From: Candidatus Pacearchaeota archaeon
Lineage (GTDB): Archaea; Nanobdellota; Nanobdellia; Pacearchaeales; GW2011-AR1
NCBI GenBank assembly: GCA_018304985.1
Contig: JAGVWP010000012.1
Location: forward strand, 1 to 46,899
Length of the DNA: 46,899 bases
Reading direction: 5' to 3'
Made by a program: the position numbers and the translations under genes. Position 1 is the first letter of the stretch; each line of letters begins with the position of its first letter. The notes under the pieces were generated by a model, which was not told the origin of the DNA, ran no database searches, and was given only the letters and a program-made list of their open reading frames with translations. Shown in pieces: positions 43,981-46,899 of the stretch.

Positions 43981-44021
43981 TTGATCTAGTTCATTCCATA
44001 ATATACCTTTATTAAATATCA

Positions 44022-44393
44022 TTGCTTAATATTAATATGATCAAATATAATCTTAAAATAATCTCCCTGATTATCTCAGTTATTGGTATTTTGATTCTTC
44101 TCATTTATCTTAACATTTCAGAGCAAAAAATAACAAAAATATCTTCAATAAACGAAAAAATGGCAAACAAACAAGTAAAAATTCAAGGCACACTAATAAG
44201 AACTAGCACACTAAAAGATGACTTTACAGCATTAATAATAAAAGACCTTGAAAAAGAAGGAAAAATAGAAGCTGTATGTAATTGCCCTAATTTAAAGGCT
44301 TATATTAATCAGAACCTCTCTATTAATGGAAAAATTTCTGAATATAATAATAAACTGCAAATTCGCGCTGATAAAATAACTCTACTAAAATGA
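44022..44393 (+). CDS. Membrane-anchored OB-fold protein
   Basis: N-terminal TM helix, then KQVKIQGTLI...KISEYNNKLQIRADKITLL, which resembles tRNA_anti-type OB folds. Confidence 0.45.
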   Translation: MLNINMIKYNLKIISLIISVIGILILLIYLNISEQKITKISSINEKMANKQVKIQGTLIRTSTLKDDFTALIIKDLEKEGKIEAVCNCPNLKAYINQNLSINGKISEYNNKLQIRADKITLLK

Positions 44394-44406
44394 AAATAAT
44401 GTAAGT

Positions 44407-44721
44407 CTAATTTAATCTCTCAATAATTTCATCTTTCACTATTCTTTTTTTCTCTTCAGATACCTTAAAAATATATTTTTTAATCATTTGTTCAGATATA
44501 GTAAAAATATAATTTAGTTTAATAACACTATCTCTAACAGCCCCGTCTTTTTTGCTTAATAAAATGCCCTTCATTTTAGGATTGCTTGTAATGCCTGCAA
44601 CTACCACATTGCCAAAATCTTCAAAAAGAACCAAAACAGGCCTTGTTTTAATTTCAAAAGTATCTGTATACTGAACTTCTGCTAAAAGAATATCTCCAAA
44701 ATTATAAGATTTATTTATCAT
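44407..44721 (-). CDS. MazF/PemK-like toxin
   Basis: GDILLAEVQYTDTFEIKTRPVLVL. 4-nt overlap with the antitoxin gene. Confidence 0.6.
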   Translation of the reverse strand: MINKSYNFGDILLAEVQYTDTFEIKTRPVLVLFEDFGNVVVAGITSNPKMKGILLSKKDGAVRDSVIKLNYIFTISEQMIKKYIFKVSEEKKRIVKDEIIERLN

Positions 44722-44945
44722 GCTTTCTCCCAGGCTTCATCTTCTTTATTGTTCCAAAGTTCTTTCATTTTAGGTTGTTGAATCTTATGGAGAAACTCGT
44801 CATATTGGTTTCTTTCTTTAAGCTTAATGAATATATTGGCCATTTTCTCAAGTAACTCGTTGTAAGTCTGTCTTTGATCATCCTTAGCTTTCTTAAGTAA
44901 TTCAATAACTTTCTTATCGATCATGATTGTTGATTGTTCTGCCAT
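44718..44945 (-). CDS. Antitoxin (helical), partner of 44407..44721
   Basis: 75 aa and acidic. In an operon with the toxin. Confidence 0.5.
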   Translation of the reverse strand: MAEQSTIMIDKKVIELLKKAKDDQRQTYNELLEKMANIFIKLKERNQYDEFLHKIQQPKMKELWNNKEDEAWEKA

Positions 44946-45042
44946 TTTTTCTATATATAATTTATTATATAACCATTATATATTAGTATATAAATATTTC
45001 CATTTCAAGAATATATTTAAATCTCTTTTTCCTTTGCTGATT

Positions 45043-46173
45043 ATGAATAAAAAGATGCTTGTAATTCCGATTATTATTTTAGTGGCAATTATAATTATTT
45101 CTATTATTTCAGTAATTTTATTGAATAAAGGCTCTCTTTCTCCGTCGGCAAGCTCTGGAAATTCTATTTTAGAAACCTGCAATACTTTAAAATATAATAG
45201 TGAAAGCGCAGTAAACCTTGTTTTCTTCTCGCCAAAAGAGCAAGCTCAGGAATATACTGATTTCTTTCTGCAAACCTCTCCTTTTAATCAAAACCAGGAT
45301 GCATTTAATTTTTATTATATTGATGATTACCAGCCGGAATGCGAATTATACAAAGGAATAGCAATTTTATGCTATTCAAAATCCTTGATTAAGATAGCAT
45401 CTTCATGCCCAAATGATTATGTTATAGTTCTACAAAACAAGCCAGGAAACATAAGAAGCTCTGCTTACATGAATGTTTTAAGCATTAACACAGCTCTCCC
45501 ATTAACTGTTCTAACTCACGAATTTGGCCACACATTTGCAAATTTTGCAGAAGAATACACCCCAGCTTCAATTCCAAGAGGCTCTAAAAACTGCCAGTCA
45601 GGCTGTGATAAGTTTGATATTAAAGATAGCTGCAGTCAAGGATGCTCTAAAACAGATTATTATCGTTCAATAGAAGCCGGTGTGATGAGAACTTTAAGCT
45701 CTAATGAATACGGAATATTTAATCAACAAATAATAACTGAAAAACTAAACAAAGAAACAAAAATGGCAACAGCAGGAAAAGCAATAAGTGAAATAAATAC
45801 CGGCTGCCAGGATAAAAATTATTATCTTATTGAAGGCCTGTATAATCAGGCTGAAAATTCAATAAATACAATAGACAAAACAATAGAAACCGGTTGTATT
45901 GGAATGGGTGGAAGCGGGAGTTTCACTTATAACCTTATTTTAAATGATAATTCAGTAATTCCAGGCAGCGAGTTTAACCCAGAATTTATTTTTACCGACG
46001 GGCAATTAGAAGAAGAAACTATAATAAATGGCGAAACATTCCAGTCAGATAAGCCATTTTTGCTGAAAATTCCAGTTATTTCAAACGCTAAAACACTTGA
46101 AATAAAAAAAGATGCTGAAAAAATAGCTGAAATAAACCTAAATGATATTGGAGCAAGGCCTTGCTTGATTTAA
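45043..46173 (+). CDS. Secreted zinc metalloprotease, M64-like
   Basis: HEFGHTFANFAEEY (HExxH plus downstream acidic EEY). Signal anchor MNKKMLVIPIIILVAIIIISIISVILL. The start was moved from the track's 44923 to the ATG at 45043. Confidence 0.6.
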   Translation: MNKKMLVIPIIILVAIIIISIISVILLNKGSLSPSASSGNSILETCNTLKYNSESAVNLVFFSPKEQAQEYTDFFLQTSPFNQNQDAFNFYYIDDYQPECELYKGIAILCYSKSLIKIASSCPNDYVIVLQNKPGNIRSSAYMNVLSINTALPLTVLTHEFGHTFANFAEEYTPASIPRGSKNCQSGCDKFDIKDSCSQGCSKTDYYRSIEAGVMRTLSSNEYGIFNQQIITEKLNKETKMATAGKAISEINTGCQDKNYYLIEGLYNQAENSINTIDKTIETGCIGMGGSGSFTYNLILNDNSVIPGSEFNPEFIFTDGQLEEETIINGETFQSDKPFLLKIPVISNAKTLEIKKDAEKIAEINLNDIGARPCLI

Positions 46174-46179
46174 ACTTAA

Positions 46180-46632
46180 ATGAAAATAAAAAATAAAAAA
46201 GCAGTTTCACAAGTAGTTACAACAATGTTAATAATAATGCTAACTATTTCAGCAGTAGCAATAATAGGTTTTGCAATAAATAATTCAATAAAAAACCAGC
46301 TGGCGTTATCTCCTAAAACCTCCTGTTTGGAAATGCAGTTTTCTCCCCCAATAAAAATTGAAAAGGCTTGTTATAACCTTAATACAAATGATACTGAACT
46401 AACTATAAAAAGAAATGCTGATGATAAAATACAGATAAATACTCTTGTTTTTATATTAAACTCGGGATCTGGAAGCGATAGTTTTACCTGCGGGAATTCT
46501 TGCGGGAACTGCCAGATACTGAAAATAGCCGAGAGAAAAATCTATTACCTTAACATAGATGAAAAACCAACAGAAACATCAGTAAAGCTCAATAATTGCT
46601 TGATAGAAACAAAGAATATTGTTGACTGTTAA
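46180..46632 (+). CDS. Archaeal type IV pilin-like protein (DUF361-type N-terminus)
   Basis: KNKKA|VSQVVTTMLIIMLTISAVAIIGF. Cys-rich C-terminus FTCGNSCGNCQ. Confidence 0.65.
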   Translation: MKIKNKKAVSQVVTTMLIIMLTISAVAIIGFAINNSIKNQLALSPKTSCLEMQFSPPIKIEKACYNLNTNDTELTIKRNADDKIQINTLVFILNSGSGSDSFTCGNSCGNCQILKIAERKIYYLNIDEKPTETSVKLNNCLIETKNIVDC

Positions 46633-46680
46633 AAAAATAGCATAAATGATCATATCCTGAATTAAATTAAATAATAAAAT

Positions 46681-46801
46681 TAGCAACTTTCTCATATAAA
46701 TAAGGTAAAATTATGGTATGATTTCAAAAATATTTTATGAATCTATATAATACTAAATTTTTCTCTAAGAAAAATTTAACTTGATTTATAGTTAGTTAAA
46801 T
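46681..46801 (-). repeat. Intergenic composite repeat, full inverted copy
   Basis: Hairpin aaatttttc-tctaa-gaaaaattt at 46755-46777. The reverse complement reads agtattatatagattcataaaatatttttgaaatcataccataattttaccttatttatatgagaaagttgcta. Confidence 0.8.
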
Positions 46802-46804
46802 ACA

Positions 46805-46899
46805 CTAAACCATAATACTTCCCTCCTTTTCAAAATAGTTTGAAATTCTATCCATCGCTTCTCTTACTGTTTTAAAATTGCTATTTTGCAAAACATCTC
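46805..46899 (-). CDS. 3' end of a minus-strand gene that runs off the window
   Basis: Open frame ...DVLQNSNFKTVREAMDRISNYFEKEGSIMV*. Function unknown. Confidence 0.3.
   Translation of the reverse strand, partial: DVLQNSNFKTVREAMDRISNYFEKEGSIMV

Noticed and set aside
44923-45042. N-terminal 40 codons of the track ORF 44923-46173
   Set aside because: This extension overlaps the antitoxin gene 44718-44945 and its promoter region, and encodes implausible sequence (MIVDCSAIFSIYNLLYNHYILVYKYFHF). The ATG at 45043 gives a normal signal anchor.
1-46899. CRISPR arrays, tRNA and rRNA genes
   Set aside because: No regularly spaced identical direct repeats with unique spacers were found. The recurring hairpin units are dispersed one or two per spacer. 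No 70- to 90-nt GC-enriched cloverleaf-like segments or rRNA-like stretches are visible; the only GC-rich islands are about 20 nt long.

Overview
The window is very AT-rich (about 30% GC by eye, not computed), gene-dense, and looks archaeal. Small genes, many toxin-antitoxin pairs and many secreted proteins fit a DPANN-like or other small-genome archaeon. Archaeal markers: an archaeal-type TyrRS, a Hef-type helicase, an XPF/Hef ERCC4 nuclease, a FlaI/VirB11-type secretion ATPase, and about a dozen proteins with class III (type IV pilin-like) signal peptides.

Main blocks:
- 1.9-13.1 kb, minus strand: a type IV pilus-like operon with ATPase, polytopic platform protein and 11 pilin-like genes, two of them below the ORF-track cutoff. 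A PIN/AbrB toxin-antitoxin pair and repeat elements sit between the ATPase and the platform gene.
- 13.6-19.5 kb: coiled-coil and low-complexity proteins, three tandem paralogous membrane proteins, a PRC-barrel protein and a degenerate M50-like protein.
- 19.9-27.2 kb: a Hef helicase interrupted by a 509-aa LAGLIDADG intein, with its partner ERCC4 nuclease encoded separately 3.5 kb downstream. Toxin-antitoxin cassettes and a truncated paralog of a secreted-protein gene lie between them.
- 27-38 kb: housekeeping and accessory genes, including a 2H phosphoesterase, an arginase-family enzyme, a DEAD-box helicase with an R/S-rich tail, two tandem AAA/DUF4143-like ATPases and an M16 peptidase.
- 38.4-46.9 kb: secreted proteins and lipoproteins, a DRG-like GTPase, TyrRS and an M64-like metalloprotease.

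The most unusual signal is non-coding. A composite intergenic repeat of about 100-130 nt occurs in at least 15 intergenic regions (about 19 full or partial segments), almost always in the same absolute orientation. It is built around a 9-bp-stem hairpin (AAATTTCTC-N5-GAGAAATTT) whose two arms change in a compensatory way between copies.

No rRNA, tRNA or CRISPR array was recognised.
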